Shown here in pieces: positions 9,301 through 18,200 of a DNA stretch of 19,790 bases. Made by a program: the position numbers and the translations under genes. This DNA comes from Octopus sinensis (taxonomy: Eukaryota). The stretch lies in assembly GCF_006345805.1 (NCBI RefSeq), contig NW_021824188.1, forward strand, positions 1 to 19,790, written 5' to 3'. The notes under the pieces were generated by a model. It saw only the letters and a list, made by a program, of their open reading frames with translations. It was not told the DNA's origin and did no database searches. The stretch's first letter is position 1, and the number at the start of each line of letters is the position of its first letter.

Positions 9301-10162
9301 CCTCCAGTTTTTAGTGCTGTTCTCACTCTCTTTGTCTACTACATATTAGATGTCTCCACAAGGTAAAGGAAACGCGCCGTTCTCTGTGACTGTTCGCGAC
9401 TACAGACGTTCCTATAATAATCAGCAAAATCATGGGTCATATTACACAACCATACACGCTAGCAAGTCACAGCATCGTGTACTGAACTGGTAGAAATAAC
9501 AAAAATGGAATCAAGCAGCTAATGCCATTATGATATGCCAATAAATGACCATTACTTAAACGATTAATTAAAGCAGTCTGTCTGATAGATACATAACCAG
9601 CAATCAGTACGATGACACAACTAGAATAACGTCTATACTGTAATAATATATTGTAGAGGTTGTCATAACACTTCTTCGTTTCGTTGCCTAATGTTATTTA
9701 CGCCCATTGTACTAACATGTCCGACATTATCGCAAACGAAATTATGTAAAGAATCAGAATTGTGACATATAATTCTGAGGTCAACTAGTTCAGACTTTCG
9801 ATATAAAAGTTACGCGGTAATTCTTGCGAATATTTACCTGTCTATGAATAAAGACGAACAATATATCGTATGAAATTTGATCATGCGAACGGAACAATAG
9901 GTAGCACATTAAAAGCTTGACATCGTTTCCCGTGACATAAAGAACAATAATCCATTCATAAGCGACACAACAAATCGCAGCTACTGTAATGGCGTGCAGA
10001 GGTGAGCTGAAGTAGTTTACTCGGGAATTAGACAATCTTAGTTATTGAATTATGACCTAGAAGAAACGTATACATTATCCCATTTGTAATCGGTGCAAGT
10101 TGCAGAATGATAAACACCCACTTCTCATAATGCATGGAAAAGATATAAGATATAACCTACGG

Positions 10163-10248
<86 letters not shown>

Positions 10249-10431
10249 GTCTGTCTGTCTGTTTGTCTATCTATCTATATATCTATCTATCTAGTTGCCT
10301 ATGTATCTATTTATCTATCTCACTCTGTATGTATGTATATATATATATATATATATATACTACATACAACATACATACCATACATACATACATACATACA
10401 TACATAAATTACATATATACATGCATACATA

Positions 10432-10465
<34 letters not shown>

Positions 10466-10487
10466 TATATATATATATATATATATA
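10163..10487. repeat. Compound microsatellite: (TATC)n, (TA)n, (ACAT)n, (CA)n
   Basis: Direct inspection. Confidence 0.95.
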
Positions 10488-10660
10488 ACGAGAAGCTTTA
10501 TGAAAATAAAACAAACGAGAAGGCAGGTGGAATACAAACAAACAATTGTATTAGTATGGCGCTCAGGAATATAAATAAAACAAGTCTTTTACGTTTCGAG
10601 CCTACGCTCCTTCAACAGAAAGATATACAGAAAAGAAACACGGAGAGAAACAAGGAGAGG
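10488..10660 (-). mobile_element. Probable Penelope-like non-autonomous fragment between (TA)n tracts
   Basis: Contains acgtttcgagcctacgctccttcaacag, the antisense of the CTGxxGA...CGAAACGT signature seen in Penelope-like terminal repeats. Confidence 0.55.
10585..10623 (-). ncRNA. Degenerate minimal hammerhead-like motif
   Basis: UCUUU-CUGUUGA-AG-GAGC-GUAG-GCUC-GAAA-C-GUA-AAAGA. Helix I 5 bp, helix II 4 bp, palindromic ACGU in place of helix III. The core deviates (U at conserved A6, 2-nt insert). Confidence 0.5.
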
Positions 10661-10663
10661 ATA

Positions 10664-10696
<33 letters not shown>

Positions 10697-10831
10697 CTAT
10701 ATATATATATTATATAATATATATATATTATATATATAAAAATTTAATAAGGGTAGAAATTGATATTAATCAATTAAAACCAGTGGCCTGGCATATTAAA
10801 AAAATTCGAAGATTAAAATATGTTTACATAC

Positions 10832-10902
10832 AAAATTTAGAGGACTGCCCACTAAAAGTGGACGGTGACCGTCCACTTTTAGTGGTCTGTCCTTTAAATT
10901 TT
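10832..10902. other. 71-bp palindrome with nested mini-hairpins
   Basis: Perfect 17-bp arms ccactaaaagtggacgg / ccgtccacttttagtgg around tga, extended by aaaatttagaggac / gtcctttaaatttt. Confidence 0.92.
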
Positions 10903-11124
10903 ATATATATATATATATACATACAAGGTGGGTGGAAAGTAACTGGGCATTAGAAATTGCTTATAGAATTTTTAGTATCACTGAAGTTATTTTATTAAAC
11001 AGACAACACTTGTGGCCATTTCGTGTTTTTCCTATTTTCTTATTTCTTATTTCCCATTTTCCAGATGGCCGGTCTCTTGACTGTTCAGGAGTGAGCTATG
11101 ATAGCAGCACGCTATGAAGTGTAG

Positions 11125-11382
11125 TATTCCATTGTTTCGGTTCAGAGATGGTGGCACGCAACACTACGTCCGGAGACAATAAAAAGTCATGCAAAGCTGA
11201 TGACCACGGTCTCTGTGAACGATAGAAGAAGAAGTGGCCGTCCAAGCACATCCCGATTAGCAGAGAACGTAACAACAGAACAGGAAATGCTTAATCGATC
11301 CCGCAAAAATCAACACGCCAAGCAGTTTGTGAATGCGGACGAACAAGACACCCAATGCGTACGGTGTTTTATAAAGAATTGA
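11125..11382 (+). pseudogene. Transposase N-terminal HTH remnant
   Basis: SIVSVQRWW...AKLMTTVSVNDRRRSGRPSTSRLAENV matches the Tc1/mariner KF.TGSV.D..RSGRP.T...ENV pattern (DUF4817-like); in-frame stop upstream at 11122. Confidence 0.8.
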
Positions 11383-11444
11383 AATTTCGCCCGTGAAAAA
11401 CCTATTACGAGAAGACTCTGACCACAGATGTTCAGAGATTCAGA

Positions 11445-11665
11445 ACTCCAAGGAGTCCATATATCACTCCTAATGATTTTTACTTGTGGGCTACACAAGT
11501 GAGGCGGCGTACAAGACAAATCCACGGATAAGGAAGTACCTGGAGACACGGATTGAGGAGGTTCTCAATGATATCCCAGTCGACGTCCTTCAGGAATTTG
11601 TTTATTCCAACCTTGGCCGTTTCAGGAAAATGGTTGGCACCACTGGGGCTTACGTTGAAATATGA
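11445..11665 (+). pseudogene. Transposase C-terminal remnant with a 1-bp frameshift
   Basis: TPRSPYITPNDFYLW / YTSEAAYKTNPR...IEEVLNDIPVDVLQEFVYSNLGRFRKMVGTTGAYVEI*, matching WPPRSPDLTP.DF.LWGY.K..VY...P...GGHFE. Confidence 0.82.
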
Positions 11666-11921
11666 AGATTTACTTTAATTTCCCCATGTAATAAATAACA
11701 TGAGTCAGTTGTTTCAATAAATTTGTTAAAGGAAAATAGATTTGATTACCAATTATTAATGCCTACTTAATATTCTACATATTGCTGGCGGTGAGATGAG
11801 TCGCTGTTCTCTCTAGCGGTCGAGTATACATTAATCTAACACGACCACCGCGTTTAGTGAGAATATATATTACTTCTCAGGATTACTCGGTAATAATAAT
11901 ATCTCTTTCGGTAATGCATAT

Positions 11922-12319
11922 AGGCTCAGGTGTGGCTGTTTGGTATGGAGCTTGCTTACCAGCCACATGGTCCTGGGTTCAGTCCCACTGGGTGACACCT
12001 TGGGCAAGTGTCTTCTACTACAACCTCAGGCCGACCAAAGCCTTGTGAGTGGATTTGGTAGTCGGAAACTGAAAGAAGTACGTGGTATATATAGATATGG
12101 GTGTGTATGCGTGTGTGGGAGGGTATGTGTGTGTGTGGGGGGGTATGCGTGTGTGTATGTGTGTGTGCGTGATCTGGCGGTTCGGAAAAAGATGCCAATA
12201 GAAAAAATATAAGGGCTTAAGTATGAATAGAGTAAAGGGGTTACAAAAATAAGTCCTGGGGACGATTTGCTCGGCGTGGCCACAGTCAAAATAATGAAAC
12301 CAAGAGAAGAATAAAAGAA
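11922..12319 (+). mobile_element. SINE family 1 copy (diverged, partly deleted 3' domain)
   Basis: aggctcaggtgtggctgtttgg...gggttcagtccc...cttgggcaagtgtctt...ggaaactgaaagaag, then TG-rich slot and gcggttcggaaaaag...aagtcctgggg. Confidence 0.9.
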
Positions 12320-12321
12320 CG

Positions 12322-12347
12322 TATAATATATATATATATATATTATA

Positions 12348-12392
<45 letters not shown>

Positions 12393-12400
12393 GTGTGTGT
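12322..12400. repeat. (TA)n/(TG)n microsatellite
   Basis: Direct inspection. Confidence 0.93.
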
Positions 12401-12984
12401 GTTTTCTTACTCCAATCCAGCTTGAATGCCTTTTTTTGTCCCAGATGTTTAGGCTACGATAGGATATATCGTTTCAATATAATCTTCTTGTGTTCATTTT
12501 CTAATATTTAAGACGCCATTTGGTTGTCCAAAACTCGCCTGCAAATATTAAGTTGAAAAATAAGATTGTGAAAACACCAACAAAATCAACGTATATTACA
12601 AAATATTACGAATCGTGTATTGCACATCGTATTATGAGATAAAATATGGTAGGAGAGTTAATGCAGACGAGAGGTAGACACGACAGGATGGATCTGTAAG
12701 AAAAAGGACGACAAAGAGGAAACGACGTACGATTCACAATGGATGCCAAGATAAACAAGAAATGAATAGCAACTTGAATTACAGCATTATTTCCTCCAAG
12801 AAATGAATTTTTTTTGTCTCTGTGATTAGGTTTCATATCTTTAATATTTATTGTCTATACGTAATCAAAGAAATAACGGAAAGATTCGAACAATGATTTA
12901 AATAAAGAAATACATCTGCAAAAATTGAGTTTAAAATGAAAACAAATAGAGGATATAGTCCGTACGTGAGGGAAATATATATTT

Positions 12985-13050
12985 GTCTGTATGTATGTGT
13001 GCGCGAGCGTGTGTTTATGTGTGTGCATGTATGTATATGTGTATTTATTA

Positions 13051-13103
<53 letters not shown>

Positions 13104-13200
13104 GTTTGTATATGTATACCTATATGTATATATTCAGGAATATAAAACTTTTCGTATATATATTCATACATACATAGACATACACACACAAATATATATT
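12985..13200. repeat. (TG)n/(TA)n microsatellite block
   Basis: Direct inspection. Confidence 0.9.
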
Positions 13201-13223
13201 TCTATAAATGTTGTTAGGGATAC

Positions 13224-13279
13224 GTAAACACACCAATATCGTTTGTCCAGCGAAGGTATGGGGACAAACAGATACACAC

Positions 13280-13316
<37 letters not shown>

Positions 13317-13460
13317 GTAAAACAGGCTTCTTTCAGTTTCTGCCTGACAAATTCTCTCGCAAAGCTTTGGTTGGCTCGAGGCTATAGTAGAAGGCACTTG
13401 CCAAAGGTGTCACGCAGTGGGACTGAACACAGAAACGTTTGGTTGGTAAGCAAGCTACTT
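13224..13460 (-). mobile_element. SINE family 1 copy, reverse orientation, truncated
   Basis: Reverse complement of agtagcttgcttaccaacc...gttcagtcccactgcgtgacacctttggcaagtg...gaaactgaaagaagcc, plus CA/TA slot and gtttgtcccc...tggtgtgtttac. Confidence 0.88.
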
Positions 13461-13585
13461 TATTTTTAAAAAGTTTGCCATACAGAGTAGCTTGCGGGCT
13501 GGACAGGTCATTGATGAGATGAATGATGAAATAAAATAATATTAATGGGAGAAGACAAAAAACGCCCGTCGATTTTTGCTTCTCA

Positions 13586-13940
13586 AAAACATTATTTTTA
13601 CACACAAAAAAAAACAAACAAGCCGAGGTATTGAACCTCTTACTTCTGTTTTACAATTACTGGATTTAATAGTCCATTGACAAATTAAAACATTATTTTC
13701 TACACAGAAAACAAAACGAGGTATTGAACCTCTTATTTCCGTTTTTACAATTTTTGGACTTAATAGACCATTCACAAATTAAAACATTATTATTTTTTAC
13801 ACACAAAACAAAACAAGGTTTTGAACCTCTCATTTCCGTTTTTGCAATATTTGGACTTAACAGTCCATTGACAAATTAAAACATTATTATTTTTTACACA
13901 GAAAACAAAACTAGGTATGGAACCACTTATTTCCGTTTTA
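13586..13940. repeat. Minisatellite, ~94-101-bp unit, about 3.7 copies
   Basis: Units start aaaacatt at 13586, 13687, 13781 and 13878 and share gaggtattgaacctcttatttccgtttttacaa...tggacttaatagtccattgacaaatt. Confidence 0.93.
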
Positions 13941-14038
13941 TAAGACACTAGGATATTTTCTGAATTTTCTTAACATGGAACCAATGGAAGCTTTAATTCA
14001 CAAATAAAGAAATTATATCCATTAATGCTGAGGCCATT

Positions 14039-14114
14039 TACGCATACACACACACATACGCACACTCACACACACACACACACACAGACTTATACACACA
14101 CACTCACACACACA
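14039..14114. repeat. (CA)n microsatellite
   Basis: Direct inspection. Confidence 0.93.
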
Positions 14115-14382
14115 TAAAGCTACCACTGGTTTCATGTTAAGAAAGTGGAAAAGTATCCTAGTGTCTCAGCAATTTTCAAGCCGACAATATGGAGATAGGT
14201 GTTCGCCTCCATTCTGGAAACAGCCTTGTTTAGTTTATGTATATATCTACGCACATATGTATGTTGTTTGTATATAAACGTATGAGAAACATCGCTCAGT
14301 ACAGAAATACTATTGTTCATGGCAGTGTTGGCACTGTTATCCTCTTTCACTCCTCCGGTATCTGCGGGTAGAGTGTGCTTAC

Positions 14383-14437
14383 TTCACTGGTGACCTGACT
14401 TTTCAGGGCGTTACTATGGCGGTACTCATTGCAGTAG
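14383..14437 (-). CDS. Probable 55-nt internal coding exon: (x)YCNEYRHSNALKSQVTSE
   Basis: Acceptor ttattgttctcag, donor GAA|gtaagc, locally GC-rich. Only one frame is open (phase 2 in, phase 0 out), compatible with the phase-0 exon at 8335. Confidence 0.5.
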
Positions 14438-14937
14438 CTGAGAACAATAACACCATTCAAATAAATAAATGAATGCATCCAACCTCCCACCACACTTAAA
14501 CACGTATTCACTTCCATATAAATGTATGTATGTACGATATATTTATGTATGTATGTATTACTTATAGCACATGCTTCTTTTTGTGTACCATCGAGTCGAA
14601 ATAAGAATTTAGGAATTGATAGCATGTGACTGCATAGAATATTAAAAATGTTAGATAATGAAATACAGATGAATCGTTGAAACAAAAGGCAAGAAAATTT
14701 CGAGCAAAGAAAATGAATACACGTAAAGAACCGTTAAATGAATCTATTGAAACTTTGTAAATATAGACAAATAATATTATTAGAATGTGAAATAATAGAA
14801 GGAAAGTAAAAGAAGTAACAGTAATTCATATATATTCGCTGCAAATTTGGGAATGTGAGAAGGAAAAATAAAATTGTCTGAAAATAAAACAGATGTTAAA
14901 ATAAATGATAATTCAAAATATGGGAAATATATTCCGA

Positions 14938-14953
14938 AATATATATATATATC

Positions 14954-14986
<33 letters not shown>

Positions 14987-15123
14987 CATATATAGTATAT
15001 ATATATATATAAATATATGTATATATATATGTATAATATAATATATATATATATATATATAATATATATATTATATATTTATATAGATATATATATACAT
15101 ATATTAACATGTACATATACAAA

Positions 15124-15156
<33 letters not shown>

Positions 15157-15219
15157 GCATATACAAATATGCTATATATATATGTACATAGACAAATATG
15201 TGTATATATATGTACATAT

Positions 15220-15256
<37 letters not shown>

Positions 15257-15395
15257 AATATATATATATATATATTTACATACAATATATATATATGTAT
15301 ACATACACACGCACACACACACACACAAACATACACACACCACACACACACACCACACATACATATATATATATATATAATACATACACACACCA
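14938..15395. repeat. Long interrupted (TA)n and (CA)n microsatellite
   Basis: Direct inspection; source of the (IY)n ORFs. Confidence 0.97.
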
Positions 15396-15973
15396 CATAA
15401 GCAGATGCTTTTGACTTTCAGAAATTCCAACATAAATTTAAAGCGTCAAAATAAACAGGAGATTTTTAAAAATGCTAACGGGAAAAAAAATATTTTTAAA
15501 GATATAAAGATTAAAAAAAAAATAAAGATTGAAGTTAATTTCCTGAGTTTCAAGGAAATGAATAAATAGATATATAACATTGAAAAGGAATTAATGATCA
15601 ACAAATGAATGCGGAATATAATAAAATACGCATTTGCTATGTAATTATATGTTGCATTGTATAGTTTTATTAAGTTTTAGCGTGAGTAGATGTCTAAACC
15701 AAGGTTTCGTTCTGTAGGATCATTCCGATTACAAAGCTATATATAAAGAAGACTTCAACGAAAAATGCTGGACCTGCTTTTGGCCCCCAAACAGAAGATA
15801 AGCTGTTGTTTTATTCAACCTTCTTTTTATAAATTTTAATTAATATTTGATAGGATGATTTATTATAGTTGAAACCGGTAATATTCAATACTTCCTTTAT
15901 ATATTTTTTATATCATTTTATTAAATACTTTCTAAATTGAAACCCCTTAGATATGCTTCTGTGCGTCTTGTAT

Positions 15974-16112
15974 ACATACACACACACACACACATACACA
16001 CACACACATACATACATACACACACATATACACACCATATACATACATATATATACATATATATATAGAGATATAGATAGATATATAGATAGATAAATAG
16101 ATATATACATAT
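15974..16112. repeat. Compound (CA)n/(ACAT)n/(TA)n/(ATAG)n microsatellite
   Basis: Direct inspection. Confidence 0.93.
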
Positions 16113-16520
16113 AGGCGCAGGAGTGGCTGTGTGATAAGTAGCTTGCTAACCAACCACATGGCTCTGGGTTCAGTCTCACTGCGTGGCATCTTGGGCAAGT
16201 GTCTTCTGCTATAGCCCCGAGCCGACCAATGCCTTTGTGAGTGGATTTGGTAGACGGAAACTGAATGAAGCCTGTCGTATATATGTATATATATATGTAT
16301 GTGTGTGTTTGTGTGTCTGTGTGTGTTCCCCTAGCATTGCTTGACAACCGATGCTGGTGTGTTTACGTCCCCGTCACTTAGCGGTTCGGCAAAAAGAGAC
16401 CGATAGAATAAGTACTGGGCTTACAAAAAGAATAAGTCCCGAGGTCGAGTTGCTCGACTAAAGGAGGTGCTCCAGCATGGCCGCAGTCAAATGACTGAAA
16501 CAAGTAAAAGAGTAAAAGAG
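16113..16520 (+). mobile_element. SINE family 1, full-length copy
   Basis: aggcgcaggagtggctgtgtg head through ...aaatgactgaaacaagtaaaagagtaaaagag tail; closely matches 1958-2380. Confidence 0.93.
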
Positions 16521-17177
16521 GTTGAATTGTTAGTTTGGTTTGAATCTTGCTGTTCTAATAAAGTGCAGGTGACGATTCGCGTTTCACTAAGAGTGAAGTT
16601 ACTGAAATGAACCACTTACATTACAATATTAATACTATTTAACTAATTAGGGAGCTAGTTTAATGGTAACGATGTGAGATTTTGCATATGATTTCAAACC
16701 TCGCTAGCAGTAACACAACTGATACTTGTAAATGATTGTAACGTTTAGCTCATTCATGAACATATAAAAGCAGAAATATACATTAACAGGATAGGCTCGG
16801 TTGATGTGACGTTTAGACACTACACATAATGGTAGACGACTATGGAAAACAGAAATCTGCTGCCCAGTCTTGTGATATTGTACATATGGTCCCATGAAAG
16901 TATTATGAAGAAGCTGTATAACATTTTGGAATCATTCCTCAAAAATATCGGATTGAACAGAACTAGAGAACTTGCCACGGAGACAGCGCAGGAATATTAG
17001 AGAAATATGTGAATGCCTGTGATCAATTGTAGCCTCTCTTCAAATGTTTCTAATCTTATACTGGTTAATGTCCCACATGAAACTGCTTCACATTTTTCTG
17101 CTGAAATAAATTTTATGTTGATTGCAGAATCACTAGGGTTAACCAAAACATGAAGTGAATGCCAAGAATAGATGACG

Positions 17178-17257
17178 AAACATTTCGATGAGGGTCAATA
17201 CATAGACAATTAAAGAAAGCCCCATGATTATCTGTCCTAAGAGCTCCTGAATGAGAG
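17178..17257 (+). repeat. 80-bp dispersed direct repeat, copy 1
   Basis: About 69/80 identical to 18121-18200, no indels. Confidence 0.88.
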
Positions 17258-17302
17258 AAAAGAAATGGTATTTGGTATAACATCCTACCTTACAATATTA
17301 TT

Positions 17303-17444
17303 TTCAAGTTTTGGGTCAACGCCAGAAATTTGGAGTGAGGGTGTAGTCGATTACATCGACCCCAGTGTTCAGCTGGTGGAGAATTCATCGACTTCCAAAA
17401 TGATGAAAGACAAAATAGACCCTGGCGGAATTAAAATCCATAAC
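17303..17444 (-). mobile_element. SINE family 3, older truncated copy
   Basis: tagtcgattacatcgaccccagtg...gatgaaagacaaaatagaccctggcggaatt is homologous to 17467-17695. Confidence 0.8.
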
Positions 17445-17466
17445 ATATATAGAGAGAGGAAATACC

Positions 17467-17695
17467 TATTTCTTTATTACCCACAAGGGGCTAAACACAG
17501 AGGGGACAAACAAGGACAGACATAGGTATTAAGTCGACTACATCGAACCCAGTGCGTAACTGGTACTTAATTTATCGACCCCGAAAGGATGAAAGGCACA
17601 GTCGACCTCGGCGGAATTTGAACTCACAACGTAACGCAGACGAAATACCGCTAAGCATTTTGCCCGGCGTGCTAACGTTTCTGCCAGCTCATCAC
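17467..17695 (-). mobile_element. tRNA-derived SINE family 3, full-length copy
   Basis: Minus strand: gagctggcagaaacgttag (A-box), gagttcaaattcc (B-box), central gcctttcatcctttcggggtcgataaattaagtaccag (resembles the Meta/MESC-type conserved domain as I recall it), 3' end taataaagaaata. Confidence 0.9.
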
Positions 17696-17758
17696 ATGAA
17701 CTTACTTTACAATATTGCTGTAAAATCAATTTTACCGGACATTTTTTGTCCTAATTCT

Positions 17759-17784
17759 CATAAATAAATAAATAAATAAATAAA
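17759..17784. repeat. (TAAA)n microsatellite
   Basis: Direct inspection. Confidence 0.9.
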
Positions 17785-17792
17785 ATATTTAC

Positions 17793-17841
17793 TGAACGAC
17801 TAGAAATCGAACCAGAAGTTCATCATCAAGAGAGAGCTGAG
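17793..17841 (-). CDS. Speculative upstream exon: (A)QLSLDDELLVRFLVV(H)
   Basis: Pyrimidine tract ctttcattttcc followed by GAG (17851) or TAG (17842) acceptors; donor CA|gtaaat gives phase 2, which joins exon 14437 in frame. Splice sites are only moderate. Confidence 0.25.
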
Positions 17842-18120
17842 CTACATTGTCTCGTGGAAAATGAAAGCGCACAACAGTTGTAAGTATGCATAAAATGGAA
17901 GATTCGAATTGGCTATGGCCGATCAGTAAACACTTAAATAATATAAACCAACTAATAAAAGCCCGTGGTGATGAACCCAGTATTAAAAAACACAAATAAA
18001 CTGATATACAGGCGACCCCAACATAGGCCTGCGGACCACTAGGGATTATTAGAGGATTGAGAAGAAGGGGAGCACTCCCAACGTGAAATTTGGGAATAAA
18101 GCCTCCCGAAGACTTTGACT

Positions 18121-18200
18121 AAACATTTCGATGAGGTTCAGTACATAGACAATTAAATAAAGTCCCATGATTATTTACCATAGGTGCTCCTGGATGAGAG
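18121..18200 (+). repeat. 80-bp dispersed direct repeat, copy 2
   Basis: See 17178-17257. Confidence 0.88.

Larger units (their letters stand above)
10924..11784 (+). mobile_element. Decayed, internally deleted Tc1/mariner DNA transposon
   Basis: Starts TA|caaggtgggtggaaagtaactgggcattagaaattg; degenerate complement at 11750-11784 (caattattaatgcctactta...ttg); transposase remnants inside. Confidence 0.8.

Noticed and set aside
9790-10035. 81-aa hydrophobic minus-strand ORF with a good CAG|gtaaat donor at 9838
   Set aside because: Starts at TTG just after a stop, has no credible phase-0 acceptor to fit between exons 14383 and 8335, and the same site reads equally well as an acceptor.
11197-11225. 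CUGAUGA followed by a short stem inside the mariner relic
   Set aside because: No GAAA, helix III or helix I; lies in transposase coding sequence.
13586-13940. CRISPR-like array
   Set aside because: Units are homologous along their whole length with no unique spacers, and the context is eukaryotic.
14319-14340. tggcagtgt matching the 5' end of miR-34
   Set aside because: The match ends after 9 nt and the hairpin has only a 9-bp stem and 4-nt loop.
16704-16895. Possible phase 2-2 exon (SRLPLCVVSKRHINRAY...) with a TIR-like look
   Set aside because: Weak donor (aa|gtatca) and low-complexity downstream residues; likely coincidence.
17791-17880. Plus-strand LEIEPEVHHQERAELHCLVEN with a gtaagt donor (Ig-like look)
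   Set aside because: No pyrimidine tract upstream, only (TAAA)n, and phases are asymmetric.
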